Shown piece after piece: positions 11,692-22,800 of a stretch of DNA of 64,000 nt. Every line of letters begins with the position of its first letter. The first letter of the stretch is position 1. The position numbers and the translations under genes are program-made. Below the pieces are notes generated by a model, which did not search any database, was not told the DNA's origin, and worked only from the letters and a program-made list of their open reading frames with translations. Origin of the DNA: Leidyana gryllorum EB-2025a. Lineage: Eukaryota; Protista; Apicomplexa. The stretch lies in the NCBI GenBank assembly GCA_048772705.1, contig JBLWGC010000208.1, forward strand, positions 256,269-320,268, written 5' to 3'.

Positions 11692-13209
11692 ATGGCGAAT
11701 GCAGGGCGAGTGATAATGGTCATCGCAGAATTCGTTCTGTGGATGGCAAGCATTGGCATCGGCGCTAGGCTTGGCGGGATGTGCATAGGTTTCATGGGAG
11801 GTCTGGGTGTCGGAATATTGGTGTTTGGCTTTCAGGAGCCGGTTGGTACGATCCCTTTCGACGTGCTCCAGATCCTGATGGCTGTGGTATGTGCTACGGC
11901 GGCTCTTGAGACGGCGGGCGGTCTTAACGTATTAGTGGACTGGTGCCGGAAATTGTTGCAGAGGCACCCGAAATGGATTACACTTGTGGCTCCCTTGGTG
12001 ACGTGGATAATGACAGTCGCTAGCGGCACGGGATACGTCTTTCTGGCACTGATGCCTGTGGTGGCGGAGGTGTCGAGGACATCTGGCGTCCGGCCTTCCA
12101 AGCCTTTGGCGGTGTCAGTCTTAGCTTCAATGTATGGAGTGATCGCGTCGCCTATCTCTGCGGCTATTGTGTATATGGCTGAACTGTTTGAAGAGTTTGA
12201 CCGTCCGGTATCGTACGCCGACTTGCTGATAATTATGATACCTTCGACACTGATTGGATTGATAGTCACGTCCGTCTGTACAATGAAAATTGGCAGCGAC
12301 ACGGCCTGGGCCGCAAATGTAGCCACAGGCGATAAGGAAGCCCCCATCGATTCGCCTCTGCTCAAATCGCATTCGGCGGTGTTGAATTCGCTGAGATCTC
12401 ACTCCCTCAACATCGACGATAAAGTCCCCTACCAGAGTAATGGAGGTATCGCTGACCTCGAAGGACAGCGAGCGATTGGCACCCCGACGACAGAGCCTCG
12501 GACGAGTTTGGCCCCCTCCCTTGGCGGAGAGGGGACCACTACCAGCGGGGAAGTGTTGGTCACTCACAATGATCGTCGCGCTGTGTACGCGGTGATCATC
12601 TTCTTCTTTTCGATTGTGGTGTCCATTGTGATCTCTATTCTATCTGCGAGCATAGACCTGAAAGCGGGGGCAGCGGATGCGATTATTATCTCTCTGTTTG
12701 CCGGAGCTGCCGCCATTGTGTGGATTTCGGGCGCGGATGCGGCTCAGATACCGAGAACTAGTGTGTTTGCGAGTGGTATGACTGCGGCAATGTGTATTTT
12801 GGGAGTGGCGTGGATGGGTGGTACCTTTATGGGTGCTCATATGAAAGATATCAATGGGCTGACAGGTGACCTACTCACATCGCAACCTTGGGTTCTCATG
12901 GTGCTCGTCTGGTTGTTCGCCAGTCTACTCTTTGGACAGGCTGCCACCTGCCGGGCCATGTTGCCCCCGGCGATGGCACTTAACCTCGGCACCTATTACG
13001 CCCTCCTCTGTTTCGCCTGTTCCGCAACTCTGTGGCTGCTCTCGAGCGCCCCAGCAATCATCGCTGCCGCACAGATGGACACAACCGGATCCTTCAGACT
13101 GGGCAAATACCTCATCGACCACTCATGTGCCCTCCCCGGTCTGATTTTCTCCGCCACCACCATTGCCACCACCGCTGGGATCGGATACTTTGTCATTGGC
13201 ACAGATTGA
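11692..13209 (+). CDS. dcuA: Anaerobic C4-dicarboxylate transporter, DcuA/DcuB family, intronless
   Basis: IGARLGGMCIGFMGGLGV, AALETAGGL, LAPLV-like VAPLVTW...GTG, VAEVSRTSGVRPSKPLAVSVLAS...ASPISAA, ILGVAWMG, QAATCRAMLP, MDTTGSFRLGKYLIDHS: Dcu family motifs along the whole length, many TM segments. Confidence 0.9.
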   Translation: MANAGRVIMVIAEFVLWMASIGIGARLGGMCIGFMGGLGVGILVFGFQEPVGTIPFDVLQILMAVVCATAALETAGGLNVLVDWCRKLLQRHPKWITLVAPLVTWIMTVASGTGYVFLALMPVVAEVSRTSGVRPSKPLAVSVLASMYGVIASPISAAIVYMAELFEEFDRPVSYADLLIIMIPSTLIGLIVTSVCTMKIGSDTAWAANVATGDKEAPIDSPLLKSHSAVLNSLRSHSLNIDDKVPYQSNGGIADLEGQRAIGTPTTEPRTSLAPSLGGEGTTTSGEVLVTHNDRRAVYAVIIFFFSIVVSIVISILSASIDLKAGAADAIIISLFAGAAAIVWISGADAAQIPRTSVFASGMTAAMCILGVAWMGGTFMGAHMKDINGLTGDLLTSQPWVLMVLVWLFASLLFGQAATCRAMLPPAMALNLGTYYALLCFACSATLWLLSSAPAIIAAAQMDTTGSFRLGKYLIDHSCALPGLIFSATTIATTAGIGYFVIGTD

Positions 13210-14149
13210 TCGATTGATCACTCCGTCTGGAGGAGAGAGAAATCTGTCTATCTCTCTCTCTTTCTGTCTGTCTGTCTGTCCGTCCATCCACCCATCCAAC
13301 CCCTTTCATCCCATAATATCGTCAGAGCCACGCTCTCCGCCCAGCACATCCCCCGCCCTTTCCCACCATCATATTCCTTCCGAGTCGCGTTGTTCGTGAA
13401 CTATCGACTACAATAGAATCGACTTCGGACCACTGACTGACTGATCAATTGTATTGGAACGTCTCATAGCATTCGAGAATGCAAATATTGCCACCACAAT
13501 CCACCCCTCCGGTACTGTTAAGCCGTTTGCGCTACTTACCTGCACTACTAACTCAAACCCTCATCCGCCCTCACTCTTTACATATATATACTTCTTCACG
13601 TTCACCGCTTTTGATGGTGTAACACAGAGGTCCTCCTGTCTGACGTACGGCGACGAGTTTCCACGTACGCAAGAAATATACTTCTTCTGGAGGCTCACTG
13701 CCCCACCACGACGATCACTTTACGTCATCTGGACCCTAAAACTCCGCATAAAATAACCAAACCTCGCTCCTGGGACAGTCCATCACCCAAATGCTTGGAT
13801 TGTTCCAAACTTTGTAGATAAGTCTCATATGCGATTGCGATTGCGAGTGCACGAGCGGTGTAATACCCCGTCTCTTTGTGTCTATAAGAGTGTGTGTGTG
13901 TGCGCGCCCCAAATGTATGTGTGTAAGGTCCGTGCCCAGGGAGGTCATTGATACTGTCTTATACCAACATCGAACGCTTATTCAATGTCACAGGTCTCGG
14001 GCCACACCATACAATGCTATGCTCCTATACGCTTCACTCAGATGCACACACTGAGTATATTTACACCAGTTGCAGTGCTATATGCACAGAAAAAGAAATT
14101 CAGCTGGAGGAGACCTGTCCAATCAGGATGTGAACGAGGCCGATCGCAC

Positions 14150-15020
14150 GTCTTGAAATCAGTTGGATGGTCCCCGGCTGTGTGTGTGTCCATACAGCGC
14201 GGGATGCTTTGCCTGGAATGCATATGGACCACACTTTGGGCTTCAAGGGCGACCGGACCATATTTTGGTCTTTTCATCTTTCATCTAACTACTGTGTCCT
14301 TAGCTCATCGGTAGTTTTTCCCGGCACCTGGACTACAAGAGGCCCCGTGCTGATCAACTCGGAGACTCGATGTTCTAATTTTCGGTTTGACGAACGGAAG
14401 GAGTCTCCAGATTCATCAAAGAATCTGACATTACCTCACAGTGAACCCGACGACATTTGCGCATTCTGCTCTCAGAGCCTTTCTTCTAATTTTCGGTGAC
14501 TGGTCGAGCGAGCTCTCCCACAATCAGAGACCGACTGCCTATATTGGGATGATGAGTCGATTGAGTGTACCGCATTTGATGGTGGTATATCAGTCAGCCC
14601 ATTGGACACTGCAATTAAAGGATGTTGTTGTCCCCTCAAGTTTTCGTTCTCGTAGGCGAACTTGCGTAAGCTCTCTTGATATACCCCAAGGACCGTGTAT
14701 TGGTTCCTCTGGTACTCCGTATCCCACGCCCGAAGATCTGGTCGGTCGGTCGGTCGGTCGATCCGCGGGCTCGTGCCCCAAAAGGGGAGAATGATTGATT
14801 GATTGACTGACTGACTGGCTGGCCTTGACGACTCAAGTAGCATCTCGGGTCACTCACTCACTGTCTATGAAGCGAAGGTTGGAATTCTGTTGATCGGGAG
14901 CACAAGTTTTATGAAGGATCGCTCGTCAAACGGCACTATCTCCAGCGTCAACCCATCAATTTTGATCTGCTTCATCCTTTGACTGTGCTGCTTAGCTGAG
15001 AAATAGTTCTGTGCGCGCGT
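14150..15020 (-). pseudogene. Probable decayed intron-containing gene
   Basis: One minus-strand frame reads as protein through several stops (RKLEERL*EQNAQ...SL*GNVRFF...RKLEHRVSEL); 14-bp direct repeat at 14373/14484 spaced 111 nt (in frame); intron-like segment ~14739-14861. Confidence 0.4.
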
Positions 15021-15115
15021 GTGTCCTTCCAACCCATTTCCGTTTCATTATCAGCTCATACCGTTGGCTGGCGGCCGGCTGGCTGGATCGATCGATCGAT
15101 ATGTTTCTGTGTCAC

Positions 15116-15865
15116 TTATTGCCCGTAGCAATGATGGATGCACCCTGGAGGGGCGGGGGTTGGTTCAGAAGATTCACGTCGCAGTTTGCTGAGCAGCCCT
15201 TCCAACTCACTGGCCCTATCTATCAAGAATGAACACTCGTTAAGTCCTAAAGTCTTAGGCTGACCGCGATGTCCGCAATCACTGGCTGGCTGAGAGGTCG
15301 CTTCGTCGCTGCCAAGTCGAAGGTCATTCACACCAATGGTCATTCTTCCATCTTCGAGATCCGATGCGCCGACAAAGCATGGGGGTGTCCGGCCCATAAG
15401 AGGCCCGCTGCAGGTCGATCTGAGCATATAGTTGCAGCTAGTTGCGGTGGAAGAATTACTATCGTGAGGAAGAACACTCATTTCCACCAGCGGCGGTAAG
15501 TATCTTGTGGCACCAAAAACACTTGTGTCCATTGGTGGTTCCTGGTGGTAGCCACCTCGGCAACATATTCTGGGTAGACACCTGGCGAGGCCTAAAATCC
15601 TTTGCACACTAAAGTCTTGGATTACTCGAATTGGGTCCTCGAACCGGTAACCTTTCTCCCCTTCCAAGCCTGAGCTGCCGCCTTGGGGTCCCGCACCCTC
15701 AGGTTGTTGTTGATCAGCCGCAGTCGGCGGCATACAACCCCAGTGAAGGATTTCTTCCACTCTCATTCCCCCCGTGTTAGGGCACAGTGCCATCAAATGC
15801 GCCATAAATCTTCCGCCAGCTGCTGTGCTGTTGCGCCACCTCGACACTCGGACAACCGCCGACAT
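15116..15865 (-). CDS. Hypothetical protein (~250 aa)
   Basis: Open frame 15116-15880 with first ATG near 15865; no recognisable domain. Confidence 0.4.
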   Translation of the reverse strand: MSAVVRVSRWRNSTAAGGRFMAHLMALCPNTGGMRVEEILHWGCMPPTAADQQQPEGAGPQGGSSGLEGEKGYRFEDPIRVIQDFSVQRILGLARCLPRICCRGGYHQEPPMDTSVFGATRYLPPLVEMSVLPHDSNSSTATSCNYMLRSTCSGPLMGRTPPCFVGASDLEDGRMTIGVNDLRLGSDEATSQPASDCGHRGQPKTLGLNECSFLIDRASELEGLLSKLRRESSEPTPAPPGCIHHCYGQ

Positions 15866-15953
15866 TGAGAGCAGCGTCAAGTCCGAACCGACTTTTTTGA
15901 GTTTTCGACTTCCCGCCCTTTCATACCTCTCTTATTTTCGGCCACATTTCATT

Positions 15954-17384
15954 CTAAAGTCTCGTGGCCTGATGTCGAGCGCTGATCAAAACGATTGGAT
16001 TCGAATCCAACACCACCACCACTCCACTCTCCTCCACTTCGCAGTCGTCAGTACAACAACCATCTCTCAGCCAGTTTGAGACTTCTGCTTTGGAGGGCTG
16101 CGGTCTACGATCTGGTGCTCGCCCAGGAGCACCCCTTGCGTTCAGGATGTCGAGTCTAAACGATCCCGCTGCTTCACGAGTGGAACTCACAAACGCCGCC
16201 CCCCAGTCTCTCATCACCACCTGCGCGGCCACATCGGGATTCCCTTCATGCCAGGTTCTCGGGAAGGCCAGGTACACTTTACCAATCTGACGTGGCTCGA
16301 TGATGGAACCTGTCAGCAGCCAAAGCAAGTCCGCCACTTCAACGTTCCAAGGCGAATAGCAATCCCATTGAGTGGCCCACGTGGACTTCCTTTCCGTATT
16401 GAAGACCCGAACCATTGGGACGGAATAGCAGAAGCGGCCAGAGAAAGGTTCAGCATCCAACAGTACTGCTGTCTTGGAGATTGCATCGTACCAAACAATG
16501 TGTGCAGGCGGACGCTCCTCTGGAATCACTCGTACCTCCTCGGGCGTTTGCGACTCGGCAGCTGCAGAGACCGATTGCCATTCGATTCCCGTCTCCGAGT
16601 TGACGTCGGCAACGGAAACTCGTTCAATGGCCGTCTGCGGGTTGAGAGCTGCAAGTGTGACCCTTTCGATCACCGACTGCGGATTGGGAGCGACTGCCTC
16701 CCATTCAGTTGCCGTCTCCGAGTTGACAGCTACAGCTGATACCCATTGCACAGCTGCTTCGAGCTGCGAGAGTCTCGCATTCACACCCGCCATCCCGTCC
16801 ACAGTCGGCTCAACTCGGCCTGGCAAGCTGTTCCCCGCATCGGAGTCTGTGATCGCAAGCACACGAGCCGAAGCTTGGCCATCCTCCGGTAGCGAAGAGC
16901 TTCTATCACCTTCGAACCGATCAATACTATTTTCGCTCAACTGTGCATCACCTCCAGACTGACTTTCACCTGTTGAGCGCCCCGAACCGGTTTTCGGGGG
17001 AGTTCTGATCACCGCAATAACTTCGTCTCGTGCCGATCCTTTGGGAGTACGATAGAATAGGACTTGTGGGGAGCGTGGTGAGAATTTATGGTCATTCATG
17101 TGGGAGGATAGGCCGTCTATCACCAAAGACCGATAGGCTCTGTGCATGGTCGGGTAGTGCATATCGAGGGTCGCGACCATATCTTGGACCGTGGCGTCAT
17201 CAAGTATCGGAAGTGCTTCTGTTGGGCCACAATCCCGTGTTATGTGGATGCTGGGGAATTCCTCCGTACGCGGCCACCATGAGAGACACCACGGAGCCGA
17301 GGCCACGTGACCGAAGAAAGTCAAAGTTTGTGGGTGGCCTCTTCGTCGAGACTTTGGTGTGGAGGGGTATAGAATACTTCTCAT
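15954..17384 (-). CDS. Hypothetical protein (476 aa) with an internal ~14-aa tandem repeat
   Basis: Long ATG-initiated ORF; repeats such as VNSETATEW / PNPQSVIERV / LNPQTAIERV / VNSETGIEW. Confidence 0.6.
   Translation of the reverse strand: MRSILYPSTPKSRRRGHPQTLTFFGHVASAPWCLSWWPRTEEFPSIHITRDCGPTEALPILDDATVQDMVATLDMHYPTMHRAYRSLVIDGLSSHMNDHKFSPRSPQVLFYRTPKGSARDEVIAVIRTPPKTGSGRSTGESQSGGDAQLSENSIDRFEGDRSSSLPEDGQASARVLAITDSDAGNSLPGRVEPTVDGMAGVNARLSQLEAAVQWVSAVAVNSETATEWEAVAPNPQSVIERVTLAALNPQTAIERVSVADVNSETGIEWQSVSAAAESQTPEEVRVIPEERPPAHIVWYDAISKTAVLLDAEPFSGRFCYSVPMVRVFNTERKSTWATQWDCYSPWNVEVADLLWLLTGSIIEPRQIGKVYLAFPRTWHEGNPDVAAQVVMRDWGAAFVSSTREAAGSFRLDILNARGAPGRAPDRRPQPSKAEVSNWLRDGCCTDDCEVEESGVVVVLDSNPIVLISARHQATRL
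16560..16750 (-). repeat. Coding minisatellite, ~4-5 degenerate 39-42 bp units
   Basis: ccgtctccgagttgac occurs twice (~16589 and ~16712) with intervening degenerate units. Confidence 0.6.
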
Positions 17385-17720
17385 CTAACATGGACTCAGC
17401 AGCGCCCAAAATGTGTGGTCAACAGCAATGGCAATAGTACTGAGAAAATCTTGTGAGAAACTCAATGCCACCTGTAAGTGATCCAAATTTCGGCTAATTG
17501 CGTTCATGGAAACAGTGCATCAAATTCGCATGTCTCCCGGCCGCGCCCTCGAGCACACACACTCGTTCGTCTGTTGGTTCACTGAATACTGAGTCCACAC
17601 GAGTGTGAAAGCAGTGCGATTAGTACCTTCCTCTTCTATGGAACATTCCAAATCAGCTGTTGATCGGCAACAGTAGCACGAAATTTGGACAAATTACGAA
17701 CGGTTCAGTGCCCTGCCCAT

Positions 17721-19826
17721 ATGGACAATTTGATTGACCAGCCATTGCTCGCCGCAACAGAGACGCAGGGATGGCTGAAGGTTCAAGAGAGCGTCCCCTT
17801 CTCTTTTGAGTATGTGCGAGACCAGACGAAGATCTCGTGTGAAGGGCAGCGCGTGGTGGCCATCGAGGGCGAGCCAATTTTCTCTTTCGACATCCGGCAC
17901 GGGTTCCGGTGGGTCGGGGATGAGAGTGTCGACGCCTCCATCCTCGAGGACATCCAGAGGCTGCAGTGGCGAAAACATTTAGTCACTGGAGGCGTATTAC
18001 TCCGGCTGGAGGGCGCCGCTGGGGCTCGGATCAGCTGCCGGCGGCTGGGTGAGATGAGCAGATACCTCAAAGAGCAACATGAAATGGTCGTGTCACTCGA
18101 GATGTTGGCCGATGGTTACGATTTCAGCGAGGCAGTGGTCTTTGTCCTTCCCGTGGAGCTACGGGCTCGCGGCTCCGACCCGCTAGAGATTATAGCCGCG
18201 ATCAAGGCGGACGCTGGACTGCACATCGAAACCGAACACAGTGATATGATGGTCCGGGCACCGATTATTTCGGAAGGGGGAGCGATCACTTTGGAGAGCG
18301 GTCACTTAATCCGGAACAGCAGCCGCATTTCAGCCTCGAGGGTTCACATTCGGGTGCCAAAGTTTGTCAACGAGGCATCGGTGACACGACACGTCAAAGT
18401 GGAGGCAGTGGGCATAGATGGGTTTTCAGCAGCAGACTCTTCCTCCTCTTCGTACCTTCGAATTGAGGCTCTGGAAGTACAAAACTATTCCTTGTTGAAG
18501 TGCACAGGCGACATGTGGATTGGCAGCAGTTGGACTTCCACTGACTTCTCGGCGGGAGAGGGACTTTCACGGGCTCGTTTGATCAACAGCGGAGCCATAG
18601 ATTGTGGTCAAAATCTGGTTTTGGGGGTGGGAGAGATACAGCAGGTACAGCGATTGGATACAGCAAAGTGGAGGGGTTCCTGGGGTAGAGTTTCGGGGAT
18701 AAGCGTGGATCACATGGCGCTCGCCGATCTGCCAGTGGTATCTTCAGTCTGCCCGATAGGAGCAGATTTGAGGAAGGCGCTCCAACTTGAGACCTTCGTG
18801 CGGTTCCATTCGTCGGTCAGCAACCCGATGAAATGGTATCGAATCAGAGATGAGGTCCACCAACTCAAAGGCGATTTCGCCAAGCTGGTTCGGTTGCAGC
18901 GTGTGCCGCTCCAGCTCGAAATCAGTGAACGGAACGTCACGCGGAGAGAGTTTAACCAGAAGCTCGAGAGGCGAGAGATAACGGCAGCGCCGCAGTACTA
19001 TGACATCGTGGAGCCGATGCTCGAAAACCTCAGCATCAGTGATGGGACTGGGGAGGACGAGATTGGACTGATAGCGAGGACAAAGACCAATGAGTATCTC
19101 TGGGCACCCATGAGACTCTGTAGATTTGTACCGGCCCGCTACATGCGGTGCTGTGGGAAGAGGAAGTGTTATCGCCTTAAGCCCTATGAGGAACTTGATG
19201 ATTGCGACAGAGAACAGGTGGAGGAAATATTGTACGAAGAAAACTATGAGTGGCGGGACTACTACCACTTCGCCCCGGCGATACGGTCCTTAGCAGCGGT
19301 CGAAGATTACTGTCATCCCCAACCGTCCATCAGTGTTAAGGGTGCCATCTTTGACGTCTTTAAGGCGAGGAGACTGGAGTGCATTGGGGTCCCCGTACAT
19401 GTTCACATTAAGACGGGATGGAAAAAGTCGAGTTGTCGCCATTATCCTCGGAGGCCGGAGGAGGTGGTCGAGAGCATTTCTGAAGTATGGTGGTACCTTT
19501 TTCTCCTCCTTTGCTGGCTGAACAGCTTGAGGGGGTTGAGTGTGTGGCACTTCCTCTTCAGGTTCTTTTTTGATCCGCTCATCACCGTGCTGCTGGCCAC
19601 CGTCCTCGAGAACCTCGAATACTTGCCGTATCCATTGCTGCTGGCCGTCGTCCGCGGCACCCTCAAAGAATTCCCGTATCCCTCCCGAAGGCCCAACTTT
19701 GAGAACGCACAGAGTACCGAGTACACAATTCTGCTGCCGAAAGACCTTTTGCCGACGAAAGCTCCGCTCAGCATCGAACTCGAGGACCACTTGCCGCGAT
19801 GGCACGACCACGTGTGGTACTATTGA
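17721..19826 (+). CDS. Intronless hypothetical membrane protein with haemagglutinin/CdiA-repeat-like segments (paralogue A)
   Basis: ~700-aa ORF; IRNSSRISASRVHI, VQNYSLLKCTGDMWIG, LINSGAIDCGQNLVL; C-terminal hydrophobic segments; colinear similarity with 19874-23221. Confidence 0.75.
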   Translation: MDNLIDQPLLAATETQGWLKVQESVPFSFEYVRDQTKISCEGQRVVAIEGEPIFSFDIRHGFRWVGDESVDASILEDIQRLQWRKHLVTGGVLLRLEGAAGARISCRRLGEMSRYLKEQHEMVVSLEMLADGYDFSEAVVFVLPVELRARGSDPLEIIAAIKADAGLHIETEHSDMMVRAPIISEGGAITLESGHLIRNSSRISASRVHIRVPKFVNEASVTRHVKVEAVGIDGFSAADSSSSSYLRIEALEVQNYSLLKCTGDMWIGSSWTSTDFSAGEGLSRARLINSGAIDCGQNLVLGVGEIQQVQRLDTAKWRGSWGRVSGISVDHMALADLPVVSSVCPIGADLRKALQLETFVRFHSSVSNPMKWYRIRDEVHQLKGDFAKLVRLQRVPLQLEISERNVTRREFNQKLERREITAAPQYYDIVEPMLENLSISDGTGEDEIGLIARTKTNEYLWAPMRLCRFVPARYMRCCGKRKCYRLKPYEELDDCDREQVEEILYEENYEWRDYYHFAPAIRSLAAVEDYCHPQPSISVKGAIFDVFKARRLECIGVPVHVHIKTGWKKSSCRHYPRRPEEVVESISEVWWYLFLLLCWLNSLRGLSVWHFLFRFFFDPLITVLLATVLENLEYLPYPLLLAVVRGTLKEFPYPSRRPNFENAQSTEYTILLPKDLLPTKAPLSIELEDHLPRWHDHVWYY

Positions 19827-19873
19827 GAGATTATCATTGTGTGTCTGTTGCTTCTTCTTCAAAACCAATTTCA

Positions 19874-22800
19874 TTATTTAGCGAGACCTGGACATAAAAC
19901 ACCCCAAAACCGCTCATGCGCATCGGTCAATTGCTGTTTGTGCGTCCAGAGACAGATCAGAGCCGTTTCTGAGCAATGCGTTGGCTCGCGGCACATCTTG
20001 AAGGAGATGGTCGCTGGCGAGTCTCTGAGTCCCAGAGACGACGCCCCTTGCGTGCACACAGCCACCAATCGCTTGAGACCCGCAAAGCACACTGAACCCG
20101 CGACAGCGTATCGGAGATATATTGTGAAGAAGGCAGAGAGAATCGTCACTCTATCGGCTGGCCGATACTGTTGGAATTGATTATTGAAGGCCGTCTCGTT
20201 CTCCCACGAGAAACTCTGGAACGGCTTCTGAATCAGAGACACCGCTTCGGACATTTTAAATTCCGCAGTCGGGAAGCCGAATACCATTGCCGACAGCCGC
20301 TCGACCACGTGGTGTTGCATATTCGTTAGTATCTCTCGCAGAGCCGACAGTTCATACTTGTCCAAACACGAGGGATCGAACAGGCCGACTGACGGGGGAT
20401 GTCTGGCATTCGGGCCTTTCCAACACAACCTGTGACACTGTTTCAATTGTGATCCCAAAAGTTGCCTCGATAGCGGCTTTGGGAGCAAATCTCGGAGCGG
20501 GAAGTACACCTTTCCGCCTTCGACGATATGAGTCGATGTCCGGCTAGTGACTCCGAGCTCTCCTCCGTTCGGTGTGGCGCCACTCACCAACGATGCCCTC
20601 AACGGCGCTTCCAAGCGACACAAAGACATCTCTCGAGCCGAGCTGCCACGGAGCAGTGCATAAAAGAGAGAGACGTAGAATAAGAGTCCGACCAAACCGC
20701 TCAGAAGGCCCCAAGTGGCGGTTCCAGCCAGCAGGACTAAAACAGCCCCAACTACTCCGGCCCAGAACGGTCGCATAGCTGTGGGGGCAAAGTGTGAGTC
20801 GTCTCGATGAGACTCGTTTGTACTTTGCTGCTGCGGTCTGAGGTTATGGGTGCAGCCGGAGTAGAGTTTCTCAGAACAACATCGACGCAGGGGGACCCCC
20901 ACTGACGAGATGTCCACCTCTTTCATTCCCGCTATGGCTATCATCTCGTGACGCCCGTGCATGAAACCCGCTTGATGGATGAGAGGGGTATATAGGTACA
21001 GATCACCGCCAGCGAATATAGTTGGCGTCTCGCTTTGCTGCAGACTCCTCCAAAGAACCTCTCGTTGAGCTTCTGTGGCTACCTCGAAATGGGGTACCTG
21101 ATACCGATACTCGTGGACTGAGTACTGTGCATACCAAGGCGCCACTAACTGCCTCTCCAGATGCCACCACACCTCAGCTTTTGGTCGCAGCCAACGACAC
21201 AGCCCCGGACATTTGTCCGCTTTGTGGAGATTACTGAGGACTGCTGGGACCCAGAAGGTTGTTCCTGTCGAAGTCTGGCACACATAACCGACAGTGTCAC
21301 GGGGCCACATGAGTAACGCAGCGACCATCTTCTCCTCTTCCCGGGCTTTACGGTATGTTGTGTACTCTTCCAGGTATTGGTGGTACTTTACATCCGAGGC
21401 GAGGCAAACGTAGGAGCGGCCGTGACTCGGGTCGCCATTGATGGTTATCCACTCCACTGCTCCGACGGCTGGGCTTTGGCACACCTCCAACTCCTCGAGA
21501 CGGTAGCCTCTGCGAGGATCGACGATGGACTTTGGGAACGAGTACATAAGACCGTCCGTTTGTTGACGGAGAGATGCCGGGACCATTGTCTCCGCTTCGC
21601 CCCGCCGCAGGTCCCTCCAGGCATCGCGCCACAAGTTGTGGTCAAAGTGAAAGTCACTCTGAAGCCTCTCATAACAATTGGTCACTTTTTGTCCATAAAG
21701 CGCAATGTCGTGGTCGCATCCAATGTAACCCGAGTTGTAGATATGAGAGCGAATCGGTGGCGCCATTCTCTCAGCGGGGGGCATTGATACTGCCGAAGGC
21801 GGGGATCCCTCGCGGGAAGGAGACGCCTCGGGAGGCGGCGGGGGCGGCACAGGATTTCCAATTGTCAGCGATCCTTGAGAGTATATCGTAGCTTCTCTGT
21901 TGATGATGAAATCTGCCACAATCTCGATGTCGACTGCCTTTGTGTCGCACTCGTCTTTGATAAACGCGAGGATCTCCGGGCGGGGCTCTGAGCGTTCAGT
22001 TTGCTGTTGCGCCCACGTCTGCGGATTCACCGCCGAGTTCTCAACAGTGGGCGCCCGGAAGGCTATTCGTGTTGCCCGAATACTCGAGTGATTCTTAATC
22101 CCACAGGAACTCGCGATCTTAAGTGAAGGCGTAGATATCGGTGCCTTTATGACCACAGCAGACTTCTCAGACGCCAGAGTAAACTCGCAAGGCGTATCTA
22201 TCGGCTGTTCCAGGACAACATCCTGATTCGTCTTGGCAACCAGACAAACCCGCAGGCCAAAGGTCAGTGGAGGGGGATTGGGGGTCTCGAAAGTATTGAA
22301 GTGATCGGAGAGGACGTGAAGCGTCGTTAAGCGATTAGAAGCGCGATGGTAAAGGAGTTTGAGGACAGTCTGCTGGAGCTGATGAAGAGGCAGTGACAAC
22401 TTGGGCTTGGCCTCCAGAATCAAGTGGTGGCCGTCGGGCAATGTTGTCCATCGGACAGACGCCCAGGACTGGTAGAAATGGTCCCGTTTGACATTGTCGG
22501 AGTCGAGGAAGTATAACGCAGTGGGGCTCACAAACGAAGCAGTGAACAGCTCGCTGTACAGATCGCTATACACAGAGAAGCTATTATGAGCACCGACGAA
22601 ACACTGCGCGATAGTCGCGAGGGAGAGCACATCAACTCGAGTGGCTTTCCGCGCCGTCAGAATCACATGAGTCCGCTTTACTCCTTCTTCATCTTCTGCG
22701 GGCTCAATACAGATCGACTCGAAAGGGTTTGGGTGCCGCATACAAGTCAGGATGGTCGTCGGTAACTCAAAACGGAGACCATTTCCCCATATGATGCCGT

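Noticed and set aside
11692-13209. Bacterial contamination as the source of dcu
   Set aside because: It is contiguous with intron-containing genes, is followed by the genome's typical microsatellite tracts, has an expanded eukaryote-style loop and has no operon context; read-level confirmation is still needed
14735-14865. CRISPR-like or mobile-element repeats
   Set aside because: Only simple tetranucleotide tracts (GGTC, TGAT, TGAC) without spacers; similar tracts occur in ordinary introns and spacers
14300-14990. Alternative genetic code (TGA read-through) suggested by in-frame TGAs
   Set aside because: Conserved genes (dcu, thrB, RPB9, PP1, CCT2) end at TGA at the expected position, none contains an internal TGA, and the same frame also has TAG; pseudogenisation is simpler
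17200-17409. Alternative-frame N-terminus (frameshift) for ORF 15954-17384
   Set aside because: Both frames are open over this stretch and nothing in the sequence discriminates between them
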